From NCBI GenBank assembly GCA_040882355.1, contig JBBEBM010000022.1, positions 1 to 35,336 of the forward strand: a stretch of DNA of 35,336 bases, in the 5' to 3' direction. The notes beneath the pieces were generated by a model that was not told the origin of the DNA, did no database searches, and saw only the letters and a list, made by a program, of their open reading frames with translations. Source of the DNA: Dehalococcoidia bacterium (GTDB lineage Bacteria > Chloroflexota > Dehalococcoidia > DSTF01 > RBG-16-68-14). A program made the translations under genes and the position numbers. Shown one piece after another: positions 1 through 8,343 of this stretch; the first letter of the stretch is position 1; every line of letters starts with the position of its first letter.

Positions 1-1
1 G

Positions 2-427
2 CCGATGATGCTCTTCGCGATCGTCTTCGGGCTCTCGATGGACTACGAGGTGTTCCTGATCACACGCATCCGCGAGGAGTACGACCGCACGGGCGACAAT
101 GCGCGCGCCGTCGCCGACGGGCTCGCCGCCACGGGGCGCGTCATCACCGCCGCCGCCGCGATCATGATCTGCGTGTTCGGCGCGTTCATCCTGGGCGAAG
201 GGCGCGATCTGAAGCTGCTGGGCTTCGGTCTTGCCTTCGCTATCCTGATCGACGCCACCGTCGTCAGGTTAGTCCTGGTGCCCGCGCTCATGGAGCTGAT
301 GGGAGACTGGAACTGGTACCTGCCATCGTGGCTCAAGTGGCTCCCCGATCTGCGCGTGGAACCGAAGGAAGCGACCGGTCCGGCGGTGCCGGAGATGGTG
401 TCGCAGGCGGGGAGCGGTGGTGAGTGA
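2..427 (+). CDS. MMPL/RND family transporter, C-terminal part (5' truncated by window edge)
   Basis: FGLSMDYEVFL..R.REEY, TGRVITAAAAIM and DAT.VR..LVPA.M.L.G..NW motifs typical of MMPL C-termini. Confidence 0.92.
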   Translation, partial: PMMLFAIVFGLSMDYEVFLITRIREEYDRTGDNARAVADGLAATGRVITAAAAIMICVFGAFILGEGRDLKLLGFGLAFAILIDATVVRLVLVPALMELMGDWNWYLPSWLKWLPDLRVEPKEATGPAVPEMVSQAGSGGE

Positions 428-474
428 TGACGCAGCCCCCCGGCGAATTGAGCAGAACGCAGGGAGACACCACT

Positions 475-913
475 ATGAGAAAGCTCTTAGAATCGACGTT
501 CGTCACGCTGGACGGCGTGATCAGCTCACGAGAGAAGTGGGGCGCGCCGTACGTGGCCGAAGCAGTCCGGCGACGAATACACGGACCGCATCAACAGCAT
601 GCCTAAGTTCGTCGCCTCGAACACGCTGCAAGAGGCGACGTGGAACGCCACCGTGATCCGGGGCGATGTCGCTGCCGAGGTCGCGAAGCTCAAGGAGCAG
701 CCCAGCCAGGGCATCCTCAAGTTCGGCACCGGTGAGTTCGAGCGCCCGCTGCTCGAACATCGCCTCGTCGACGAGTACGACTTCTGGCTGTTCCCCGTGT
801 TCGTCGGCAGTGGTCAGCGCCTCTTCGACGGGTTCGGCACGACAAACCTAACGCTGTTGCGCACGACAACCTTCAGCACCGGAATCGACGTGCTGGTCTA
901 CCAACCGGCCTAG
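475..913 (+). pseudogene. Dihydrofolate reductase / RibD C-terminal family protein, internally deleted and frameshifted
   Basis: ATG 475 with AGGGAG RBS gives MRKLLESTFVTLDGVI..EKWGAPY. The frame then shifts at ~553 to WPKQSGDEYTDRINSMPKFVAS...PVFVGSGQRLF. The usual LLLGRxTY segment is absent. Confidence 0.8.
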
Positions 914-920
914 ATGACCC

Positions 921-950
921 TTGACACCCTGATTCCGTAGGTGTTAGCAT
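921..950 (+). promoter_or_regulatory. Sigma70-type promoter for the GNAT operon
   Basis: TTGACA (921-926), 18-nt spacer, TGn-extended TAGCAT (945-950). Confidence 0.65.
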
Positions 951-973
951 CGCGCTATATTCTTGGAGCGCCG

Positions 974-1093
974 ATGATGACCGCATGCCGACCGGACGCT
1001 AATCGAAACGCAGCGATGGCGCGCATCACGCGCACCGTCGACTGCGTTGATTCGCTCTCCGGCGACGCGGCCTGGGTTCTCCCGATCACCTAA
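974..1093 (+). CDS. Putative 39-aa leader peptide / uORF (MMTACRPDANRNAAMARITRTVDCVDSLSGDAAWVLPIT)
   Basis: GGAG at 965-968, ATG 974, TAA 1091-1093; lies between the promoter and the hairpin. Confidence 0.5.
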   Translation: MMTACRPDANRNAAMARITRTVDCVDSLSGDAAWVLPIT

Positions 1094-1116
1094 CAAGAAA
1101 CGAATCGAACCGAAGT

Positions 1117-1147
1117 CAGGCCCGTCGCACGAAGCGACGGGCCTGTT
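1117..1147 (+). terminator. Attenuator/terminator-like hairpin in the GNAT operon leader
   Basis: Perfect 12-bp stem CAGGCCCGTCGC / GCGACGGGCCTG with a 5-nt loop and a weak U tail. Confidence 0.65.
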
Positions 1148-1169
1148 CGCGTCCTGGAAGGAGGTTGAG

Positions 1170-1727
1170 ATGCTGGATGGACAACTGGTGCGTTTGCGCG
1201 CGATAGAGCCGGGCGACCGGGAGCGCGCCCACGCCTGGCTCGACGACCCGGAGGTCACCTACTACCTGACCATGCGCTACCCGCTCGCCAGCGCGGACCC
1301 AATGTGGCTCGCCGACGCGCAACCTGCCAGCTTTGCGAACGGCGTCTACCTCGCGGTGGAGACGAAGGACGGCACGCACATCGGCGCCATCAACCTCCAC
1401 GAGCTGAACCCGGAAGACCGCAAGGCCGGCCTGGGCATCATCATCGGCGACAAGGCCTGCTGGTCGAACGGCTACGGCCTCGACGCGATCGCCACGCTGC
1501 TCCGCTTCGCCTTCCACGAAATGAACCTGCACCGCGTCTGGCTCAGCGTGCTCGCCGGCCACGAAGCCGCCATCCGCTGTTACGAGAAGTGCGGCTTCCG
1601 CCACGAGTCGCGGCGGCGACAACAGGTCTTCAAACACGGCCGCTACTGGGACGTGCTCATCATGAGCATCCTGCGCGACGAGTTCGACGCGCCACACGTT
1701 GCGCCGTCGCCAGAGAGGGGAACGTAA
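1170..1727 (+). CDS. GNAT N-acetyltransferase, RimJ/RimL family (copy 1)
   Basis: AAGGAGG RBS then MLDGQLVRLR; IGDK..WSNGYG acetyl-CoA motif; F..MNLHRV.L, AIRCYEKCGF. Confidence 0.92.
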   Translation: MLDGQLVRLRAIEPGDRERAHAWLDDPEVTYYLTMRYPLASADPMWLADAQPASFANGVYLAVETKDGTHIGAINLHELNPEDRKAGLGIIIGDKACWSNGYGLDAIATLLRFAFHEMNLHRVWLSVLAGHEAAIRCYEKCGFRHESRRRQQVFKHGRYWDVLIMSILRDEFDAPHVAPSPERGT

Positions 1728-2290
1728 TGCTGGAAGGCAAGCTCGTGCGGCTGAGGGCCCAGGAGATGGGCGACCTGGAGCGGGACCACGCCTGGATCAA
1801 CGACCGCGAGGTCACCCGCTATCTCGCCGCGCGCTATCCCATCTCGCTCGTGGATGAGGAGCGCTGGCTGAGCGGCCGGCCGCCCAGCAGCGGCTCGAAC
1901 GGGCTGCGCCTCGCCATCGACACGAAGGACGGCCGGCACATCGGCAACATCGACCTCCTTCCCGGCAACCCGGACGACCGCTGCGTTGCGCTGGGCGTCA
2001 TGGTCGGCGACAAGGAGTACTGGTCGCGGGGCTACGGCACGGACGCGATGATCACGCTGCTGCGCTTCGGCTTCAGCCAGATGAACCTCAACCGCATCTG
2101 GCTCCATGTCTTCGAGCACAACGAGCGGGCCATCGCTTGCTACAAGAAGTGCGGCTTCCAGGTCGAGGGCCGCCTCCGCCACCACCGCTACCAGGAGGGC
2201 CGCTACTCTGACGTGATCGAGATGGGCGTCCTGCGCGACGAGTTCGCCGCGTCGCACGGATTGGCGGCGCCCAAAGAAGGAGGCCCGTGA
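1727..2290 (+). CDS. GNAT N-acetyltransferase, RimJ/RimL family (copy 2)
   Basis: TAATG coupling; MLEGKLVRLR, GDKEYWSRGYGTDA, NERAIACYKKCGF..EG.LR. Confidence 0.92.
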   Translation: MLEGKLVRLRAQEMGDLERDHAWINDREVTRYLAARYPISLVDEERWLSGRPPSSGSNGLRLAIDTKDGRHIGNIDLLPGNPDDRCVALGVMVGDKEYWSRGYGTDAMITLLRFGFSQMNLNRIWLHVFEHNERAIACYKKCGFQVEGRLRHHRYQEGRYSDVIEMGVLRDEFAASHGLAAPKEGGP

Positions 2291-2832
2291 TGCTGGAGGG
2301 CAAGCTGGTCCGGCTCCGGTCGCTGGAGCCGAGCGATGTCGAACGCGAATACGCCTGGGCGAACGACCTCGAGGTCACACACTACCTCTCGATGCGCTAT
2401 CCGTTTTCGCGCGCCGACGAGGAGAGCTGGCTGCGGGGCGGCCCGCCGAACAGCTTCAACCAGGTCCGCCTCGGCATAGAAACGAAAGCAGGCCTCCACA
2501 TCGGCAACATCGGCCTCTATACCGCGAACGCCGAAGAGCGGCACGCCGAGCTGTGGATCCTCATCGGCGACAAGGCCTACTGGTCGAAGGGATACGGCGC
2601 GGACGCTATCGTCACCCTGCTCCGTTTCGCCTTCCACGACATGAACCTCAACCGCGTCTACCTCTACGCCCAGGAGGCCAACGCCCGCGCGATCGCCTGC
2701 TATCGAACCTGCGGGTTTGTGGAGGAGGGTCGCTTGCGCCAGCACCGCTTTCGCCACGGGCGATACTGGGACGTCCTCTTCATGGGCGTCCTGCGTGACG
2801 AGTTCGACGCGTTGCACGGAGGGCCGTCGTGA
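2287..2832 (+). CDS. GNAT N-acetyltransferase, RimJ/RimL family (copy 3)
   Basis: GTGATG coupling; GDKAYWSKGYGADA, NARAIACY..CGF.EEG.LR. Confidence 0.92.
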   Translation: MMLEGKLVRLRSLEPSDVEREYAWANDLEVTHYLSMRYPFSRADEESWLRGGPPNSFNQVRLGIETKAGLHIGNIGLYTANAEERHAELWILIGDKAYWSKGYGADAIVTLLRFAFHDMNLNRVYLYAQEANARAIACYRTCGFVEEGRLRQHRFRHGRYWDVLFMGVLRDEFDALHGGPS

Positions 2833-3617
2833 TGAACGAGCAGTACTACACCGATGAAGTCGCGGCCACGTACGACGTCACGTCGCCCGGCATCCCCGGC
2901 GACGTCGACTTCTACCTCGAGCTCGCCCGCCAGGCGCACGAGGCGGGTCAGCCGGTGCTGGAGCTCGCCTGCGGCACGGGGCGCGTCGCCGTCCCCATCG
3001 CCCGCGCCGGCATCTCCATCGTCGGGCTCGACGCCGCCCCTACCATGCTCGCTATCGCCCGCGAGAAGGGCGCCGCGCTCGACACCGTGCGCTGGGTCGA
3101 AGGCGACATGCGCTCGTTCGCGCTGCCGGAGCGCTTCGGCTTCGCGTTCATCGCCTACCGATCGTTCCAGCACCTGCTCACGATCGAGGACGAACTCGCG
3201 TGCCTGCGCTGCGTCCACGACCACCTTGTGCCGGGCGGCCGCTTCTCCCTCAGCCTCTTCAATCCGAACATCGTCGACATGGGTCTGTGGCTCAGCTCCA
3301 GGCGAGGATCGCTGCAACGGATGGAGGACTATCAACATCCGGGGAGCGGCCGCCGCGCCCTCCGCTGGGAGGAGCGCCGGTACCGCCAGGCGCAACAAGA
3401 GTCCCAGTCCACGCGCGTGCACGAGGAGCTCGACGACCAGGACACGGTGATCTCGCGCACGTACCGCTTCCTCAAGCTGCGCTACCTCTTCCGGTACGAG
3501 GCGGAGCACCTGCTCGCCCGCGCCGGCTTCGAGATCGAGGCGCTCTACGGCGACTTCCTCGGCGCGGAGTTCACGGACACGAGCCCGGAGATGGTCTGGG
3601 TGGCGCGACGGGCCTAG
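2829..3617 (+). CDS. Class I SAM-dependent methyltransferase
   Basis: VLELACGTGR motif I, GLD, GDMR.F, L.PGG; translationally coupled to GNAT copy 3. Confidence 0.9.
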   Translation: MMNEQYYTDEVAATYDVTSPGIPGDVDFYLELARQAHEAGQPVLELACGTGRVAVPIARAGISIVGLDAAPTMLAIAREKGAALDTVRWVEGDMRSFALPERFGFAFIAYRSFQHLLTIEDELACLRCVHDHLVPGGRFSLSLFNPNIVDMGLWLSSRRGSLQRMEDYQHPGSGRRALRWEERRYRQAQQESQSTRVHEELDDQDTVISRTYRFLKLRYLFRYEAEHLLARAGFEIEALYGDFLGAEFTDTSPEMVWVARRA

Positions 3618-4279
3618 CGCCCGGCCTGGCGCGGCCCGCGCTGCACCCACGACTCGCGTTCGCGCGTATCGCGGTCGTAGAGCAGGCGGTTGAGCAGCAC
3701 CAGCCGCGGCTCCGCGCCGGGTGGGATGCCGGGCTGGTTCGTGAGCAGCCGCTTCGCCAGCACGAGCGCGGCCACCACCACCAGTCCCGCGACGATCTCC
3801 GGCGACTGCCCCTTGCCGAGCGCCGCGAACGGCGCGACCGCGATGCCCAGCCCGACGCTCTGGGGCACGGCGCCCAGCGCCACGCCGGCCAACGAGACAC
3901 CACAGAACACCCCTAGCCCCGGCCACGACAGCACGAGCATGAAGCCGATCGCCGGGCCGACGCCGCGCCCGCCCGTGAGCCCCAGGTAGGGCGACCAGTT
4001 GTGCCCGATCAGCGCCGCGAGCCCGGCCAGCACCTGGATGCCCAGCGGCTGGCCCGTCCACTTGGCGATGGCGATGCAGAGCATCGTCTGCGCGATGTCC
4101 GCGAGGCCCACCGGCACGACCGCTGCGCGCGAGACCGTCTGCCAGACGTTCGACGCGCCGACGTTCCGGCTGCCTACCTCCCGGATGTCCACGCCGCCCA
4201 GCAGCCGGCCCGCGATGTACGCGGCGGAGATGCCCCCGATCAGATAGCCGGCCAGGACGACGAGGACGGCGCCGACCAT
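3614..4279 (-). CDS. plsY: Glycerol-3-phosphate acyltransferase PlsY-like
   Basis: GYLIG.I, DIR..GS.NVGASN, GHNWS.Y....GGRGV motifs; hydrophobic helices. Confidence 0.85.
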   Translation of the reverse strand: MVGAVLVVLAGYLIGGISAAYIAGRLLGGVDIREVGSRNVGASNVWQTVSRAAVVPVGLADIAQTMLCIAIAKWTGQPLGIQVLAGLAALIGHNWSPYLGLTGGRGVGPAIGFMLVLSWPGLGVFCGVSLAGVALGAVPQSVGLGIAVAPFAALGKGQSPEIVAGLVVVAALVLAKRLLTNQPGIPPGAEPRLVLLNRLLYDRDTRERESWVQRGPRQAGR

Positions 4280-5007
4280 CAGCCGTCGGGCGAACGTGCC
4301 GCGGGCGCTGCACGCGATGCGACGCGGCGCGCGGCGTCGCCGATGAGCTGGGCGGCTTCGTCAAGAGAGAAGCGGGCGCTGTTCAGCGTCAGGTGATAGT
4401 GAGCGGGGTGGTCGACGTCGATCTTGAAGAACTTGTGGTGGAAGGCCGCGCGTCCCTTGTCGCCGTCGTGCACGCGCTTCGCCGCCGCCTCCTTGCTCAG
4501 CTCCTCCCGCTCCGCGATGAACGCGATTCGATGCTCGAGCGGCGCGACGAGCAGCACATGGAGGGCGCCCGGGCAGTCCGTCAGGATCACCTGGCTCCCG
4601 CGGCCGATGATCAGTACGTTGCCGTGCGCGGCCAGGTCGTTGACGATACCGCTCAGCGTGTCCAGGTAGCGCTCGCTGGATACCTCGTGCAGGCCCTCGT
4701 CCGCGGCCGCCTCGCTGTAGGTGCGTGAGAGCAGAATGTCCAGGCCGCCGCTGCCCAGCATCGGCTCGGCGGCGCCCGCCGCAGCCGAGCTCTCGAAGAA
4801 GCGCCGCAGCATCGACGCGATCCGTTCGCCCCGCGACGCCGTCCGCTCGTCGAACGGGACGACCGACTCCATCGGCACGCCCAGCGTGCTCGCCGCCTGC
4901 ACGAGGATCTCCTGGTCGACGTAGTCGATGCCGAGCTGTTGCGCGGCCAGCCGGCCGGCTTCGCGGGCGCCGGCGCCTACCTGGCCTGAGACGGTGACGA
5001 TGGGCAT
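4279..5007 (-). CDS. Cytidylate kinase-like family protein
   Basis: IVTVSGQVGAG P-loop-like start, VLIIGRGSQ, Y.L.LNS. Confidence 0.85.
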   Translation of the reverse strand: MPIVTVSGQVGAGAREAGRLAAQQLGIDYVDQEILVQAASTLGVPMESVVPFDERTASRGERIASMLRRFFESSAAAGAAEPMLGSGGLDILLSRTYSEAAADEGLHEVSSERYLDTLSGIVNDLAAHGNVLIIGRGSQVILTDCPGALHVLLVAPLEHRIAFIAEREELSKEAAAKRVHDGDKGRAAFHHKFFKIDVDHPAHYHLTLNSARFSLDEAAQLIGDAARRVASRAAPAARSPDG

Positions 5008-5112
5008 GGGCGCGCCTCCTTGGGGCTCGCTCCGTACCGGGACCGGTTCCGTCTCTATTGTACTGCCTGCCCGCCGCAGACGGGGCGGCGCGCAGCCGCG
5101 CGGCTACGGCCC

Positions 5113-5406
5113 CTATCCCTGGCCTTTGAGCCGGTCGACGAAGGTCGAGACGGGTATCGCGGGCAGCGTCGTGATCTGGATCGTGCCGCGCGCTCCCAGC
5201 TCGACGGAGATGCGGGCGATCGTCTCGTTGTCGACCGCTTCGACGACCGAGACGAAGTCGTACCCGCCGAGAACGGCGTACTGGTCGATGACCTTCGCGC
5301 CCATCGCCTCCAGCTCCTTGTTCACTTCCTGGATGCGCTCCGGGCGCCCCTTGATCGTCTTTCGCCCCTCGTCGGTGAGGGTGCTGAGCAGGATGTACGT
5401 TGCCAT
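5113..5406 (-). CDS. GYD domain protein
   Basis: AAGGAGG RBS; MATYILLSTLT..G, QYAVLGGYDFV. Confidence 0.88.
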   Translation of the reverse strand: MATYILLSTLTDEGRKTIKGRPERIQEVNKELEAMGAKVIDQYAVLGGYDFVSVVEAVDNETIARISVELGARGTIQITTLPAIPVSTFVDRLKGQG

Positions 5407-5476
5407 TCGGTAAGCCTCCTTGCGTTGCGGGGATGGACGCGCGTATTGTAGCACCCCGCGTCAAGCGACGAGCCGC

Positions 5477-5683
5477 TTACTCGACTTGCAGCGGTTGGCC
5501 GTCCTCGTCCAGCATCAGGGGCTGCGGCACGCGGGCTCCGCAGATGCACGGGAACGTGCCGATACGCACCCACATCGGGAAGTTGCCCTCGAAGAGCCGG
5601 CCGCACGCGCCGCAGCTCGCGCGGAAGAGCTTGACGTGCGGGGGGTTCCGCTTGCGCGGCCGCTGTGCGCGAGAGGGGTCCAC
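5477..5683 (-). CDS. Small hypothetical protein, possible zinc ribbon
   Basis: CGAC and CICG Cys pairs; co-oriented, 2 nt downstream of the upstream gene. Confidence 0.55.
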   Translation of the reverse strand: MDPSRAQRPRKRNPPHVKLFRASCGACGRLFEGNFPMWVRIGTFPCICGARVPQPLMLDEDGQPLQVE

Positions 5684-5685
5684 AG

Positions 5686-5961
5686 CTAGGCCAGGTAGAC
5701 GAGGAAGCGTTCGTTCCGCTCAGCAACGAGCACCTTACGGCCCGCTGCCAACAGCTCGGCGACCGCGCCCGGCATGACTGCGGAGTGGCCCTGCACGGGA
5801 AAGCTGCGCTCGTAGCCGTATTCTGTGCCGTTCATGCGTAGGTGGCTGTAGACGGACGGAACGTCGCCGAGGTCGACGAACGGCACGTCAAACGTGCCCA
5901 GGTTCAGCTCGCCGACCAACGCGCGGTCGACGTCAAGGACGGGAAGCTGGTCGGTTGCCAT
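5686..5961 (-). CDS. Hypothetical protein
   Basis: Protein-like composition, GC-rich third codon positions, fits the minus-strand gene run. Confidence 0.7.
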   Translation of the reverse strand: MATDQLPVLDVDRALVGELNLGTFDVPFVDLGDVPSVYSHLRMNGTEYGYERSFPVQGHSAVMPGAVAELLAAGRKVLVAERNERFLVYLA

Positions 5962-6012
5962 CGGTCACATTGGAACGCACGCGCGAAGTTCAGTCAAATC
6001 GATTGGAGGCGC

Positions 6013-6495
6013 CTATGGCGCATCGAACGGGCAGGACGGTAGCTCCTTGAGTAGCCACTCGCCGCCGTCCCGGTCAAAGTTCCAGAAGGCGGTCACGTCC
6101 AACGTCTGGCCGTCCACGGTCGTCACCTCGAATTCGATCGTGGCCGTCGCAACGTCTCCCAGCATCTGCAGCGCGCGGTCCGTAACGCCGAGCGACGCCC
6201 CTTCAGGAATGCACGTTCCCAGACGGTCCAGATCTGCTGCGTCGGTCTGGCTCAGCAGGTCGGCTCCCAGGTAGTCGCGCAGGCCTGCACCGTCCTTACG
6301 CATGATTGCCGCCAGGATGCCATTGACCGCCGCCTCCAGGTCCGCGTCGCCGGGCACCGGGATGCGCAACTCGGGAGTCGGGTTGCTCGCGCCGTCATCG
6401 CCGTTGTCGTTCCCGTTGCAGGTCAGGGCGACGCCGATGACTACGATCGCCACGATCGCGACGAGGACGATGAGCACGTTCCGCATGATGCGCAT
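6013..6495 (-). CDS. Exported/membrane-anchored hypothetical protein
   Basis: N-terminal basic + hydrophobic segment ending ALTC; AGGAG RBS; acidic mature region. Confidence 0.75.
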   Translation of the reverse strand: MRIMRNVLIVLVAIVAIVVIGVALTCNGNDNGDDGASNPTPELRIPVPGDADLEAAVNGILAAIMRKDGAGLRDYLGADLLSQTDAADLDRLGTCIPEGASLGVTDRALQMLGDVATATIEFEVTTVDGQTLDVTAFWNFDRDGGEWLLKELPSCPFDAP

Positions 6496-6539
6496 GGTGT
6501 CGAGGCTCCTGCTAGCTCAGGGCTGCGTTAGGCTCCAGC

Positions 6540-6986
6540 TTACGCGTCCGCTCGCTGGCGGTCGAGGTCGCGCACCTTCTCGATGTTCGCCGCCTCGGAC
6601 GGTTCGGGCTGGGCCTCGAACCAGGCGTCCAGGATCTCTTTCGCGATGACCTCGGATGTCGCGCGCAGGCTCAGGCAGAGCACGTTCGCGTCGTTCCAGC
6701 GGCGCGCGCCGCGAGCGGTCTCGGCGTCGGCGCAAAGGGCGGCCCGCGCGCCCGGCACCTTGTTCGCGGCCATGCTCACGCCGGTGCCCGTCCAGCAGAA
6801 GAGCACTCCTTGCTCGGCTTCGCCCGATGCGACGCGTTTTGCGACCTGCGTCGCCACGTCCACCCATTCGAGCGCTTCGCCGGCGGGCGGGCCGACCGGC
6901 TCCACCTCGTGGCCCCGCCGCCGCAGCTCTTCGACTACGAAATCTGTCACGTGTGTGCGTTCGTCGCTGCCCAGCGCGATTTTCAT
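6540..6986 (-). CDS. RpiB/LacA/LacB family sugar-phosphate isomerase
   Basis: MKIALGSD, FCWTGTGVSMAANKVPG.RAALC, A..AR.WNDANVLCL. Confidence 0.92.
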   Translation of the reverse strand: MKIALGSDERTHVTDFVVEELRRRGHEVEPVGPPAGEALEWVDVATQVAKRVASGEAEQGVLFCWTGTGVSMAANKVPGARAALCADAETARGARRWNDANVLCLSLRATSEVIAKEILDAWFEAQPEPSEAANIEKVRDLDRQRADA

Positions 6987-6997
6987 CGATCGACTCC

Positions 6998-7933
6998 TCA
7001 CCACCAGATCGTATCGTCCAGCTCTTCACCCTCGCCGGCTTCGGGCGGGCTGAGCCAGAGGTTCGTGCCCAGATATTTCCACCCGTTGTCCGCGAACAGC
7101 AGCACCACGTTCCCCCGGTCCATCCGTTTCGCCACCTTCAGCGCCCCGTGCAGCACCGCGCCCGCCGACACGCCGCCGAAGACCGCCTCGCGCCGCATCA
7201 GCTCCCCTGCGGAGCGAAAGGCATGCTCGCTGCGCACCAGGATCTTGGCGTCCAGCAGGTCGAGGTCGAGCACGGGCGGGATGAAGCCGTCGGCGAGGCT
7301 CTTCAGCCCCTGGAGCTGGTTGCCCGGGTGCGGCTCGATTGCGACGACCTTGGTCTGCGGATTCGCCTCCTTCAGCCGGCGCCCCGCTCCCATCAGCGTG
7401 CCGCCCGTGCCCAGCCCGGCGACGAAGACGTCGACGTCCGGCACGTCCTCAAGGATCTCAGGGCCTGTCGTCTCGTAGTGCGCCTGAACGTTGTTCGGGT
7501 TACCGAACTGGTCCAGGAAGAACCAGCCTTCCTGCGCCGCCCGCTCCCGCGCCACGTCGATTGCCCGGCGCACGCCCTCGTCAGTCGAGACCCACTCGAC
7601 GAGGGCCCCGTAGACAGCGATAGCGCGCGGGATCTCCGGAAAGACGTTCTCCGGCATGACGATGCGCACATCGTAGCCGAGCGCTCGCCCCACCATCGAC
7701 AGCGCGATGCCCGTGTTGCCCGTCGACGCCTCGATCACCGTATCGCCCGGCCGGACGCGGCCCTCTCGCTCGGCGGCGAGCAGCATCGCCCGCACGATGC
7801 GGTCCTTCACGCTGCCGGTCGGGTTCCAGCCCTCCAGCTTGGCGAAGAGACGCACGCCGGGCTTCGGGCTGCAGTGGCGCAGCTCGACCATGGGCGTGCG
7901 GCCGATGGCCTGGGTGAGGTGGAGGTGGTGCAT
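6998..7933 (-). CDS. PLP-dependent cysteine synthase family protein (CysM-type)
   Basis: AKLEGWNPTGSVKDR, EASTGNTGI, QFGNPNN..AHY.TTGPEI, GLGTGGT, D.GWKYL. Confidence 0.92.
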   Translation of the reverse strand: MHHLHLTQAIGRTPMVELRHCSPKPGVRLFAKLEGWNPTGSVKDRIVRAMLLAAEREGRVRPGDTVIEASTGNTGIALSMVGRALGYDVRIVMPENVFPEIPRAIAVYGALVEWVSTDEGVRRAIDVARERAAQEGWFFLDQFGNPNNVQAHYETTGPEILEDVPDVDVFVAGLGTGGTLMGAGRRLKEANPQTKVVAIEPHPGNQLQGLKSLADGFIPPVLDLDLLDAKILVRSEHAFRSAGELMRREAVFGGVSAGAVLHGALKVAKRMDRGNVVLLFADNGWKYLGTNLWLSPPEAGEGEELDDTIWW

Positions 7934-8343
7934 GCTTCGATTGTACCGATGTGGCGGCCGCCGAGGGTCGCGGGTCGCGGCCGCCCCGCCCTGCAAGCCC
8001 TCCTGAGGCGAGTAAACGTTTGATCGACCGGTCCGTTTTGCAAAACGCCGTGTTCAGCAGGACGACCGTCGAAGCCGTCGCGTCCCCGTGGCGCCGACGG
8101 CGAATCTGAACCGGGCATTTGATTGATCTCTGCAAAGGCGCCTTCCTGTTGGTCATGACGTACTTCGGCCCTGGGGGCGGGAACCCTTCGACAGGCCCTT
8201 TGGGCAAGCTCAGGAGAGGCCTGGAACCAGGTGTGCCCGCGACCGGTTATCGGAGACCAGGATAGGGCGAAGGTGAGAGAGCGCGAAGGGGTGGGTGGCA
8301 CTCTGTAGGCGGGAAGCGAGAGGCGGGGACGCGCGCGCCAGCC

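Noticed and set aside
1304..1726. N-terminal extension of GNAT copy 2 (328-aa ORF)
   Set aside because: Arg/Pro-rich off-frame read of GNAT copy 1; the coupled ATG at 1727 matches the paralogs
2700..4364. 554-aa minus-strand ORF
   Set aside because: Shadow of plsY and the methyltransferase; typical of high-GC DNA
6656..8023. 455-aa plus-strand ORF
   Set aside because: Antisense to the rpiB-like and cysteine synthase genes; no motifs
7934..8343. Protein-coding gene or known ncRNA in this gap
   Set aside because: No ORF with convincing composition or SD, and no recognisable tRNA, tmRNA, SRP or riboswitch motif
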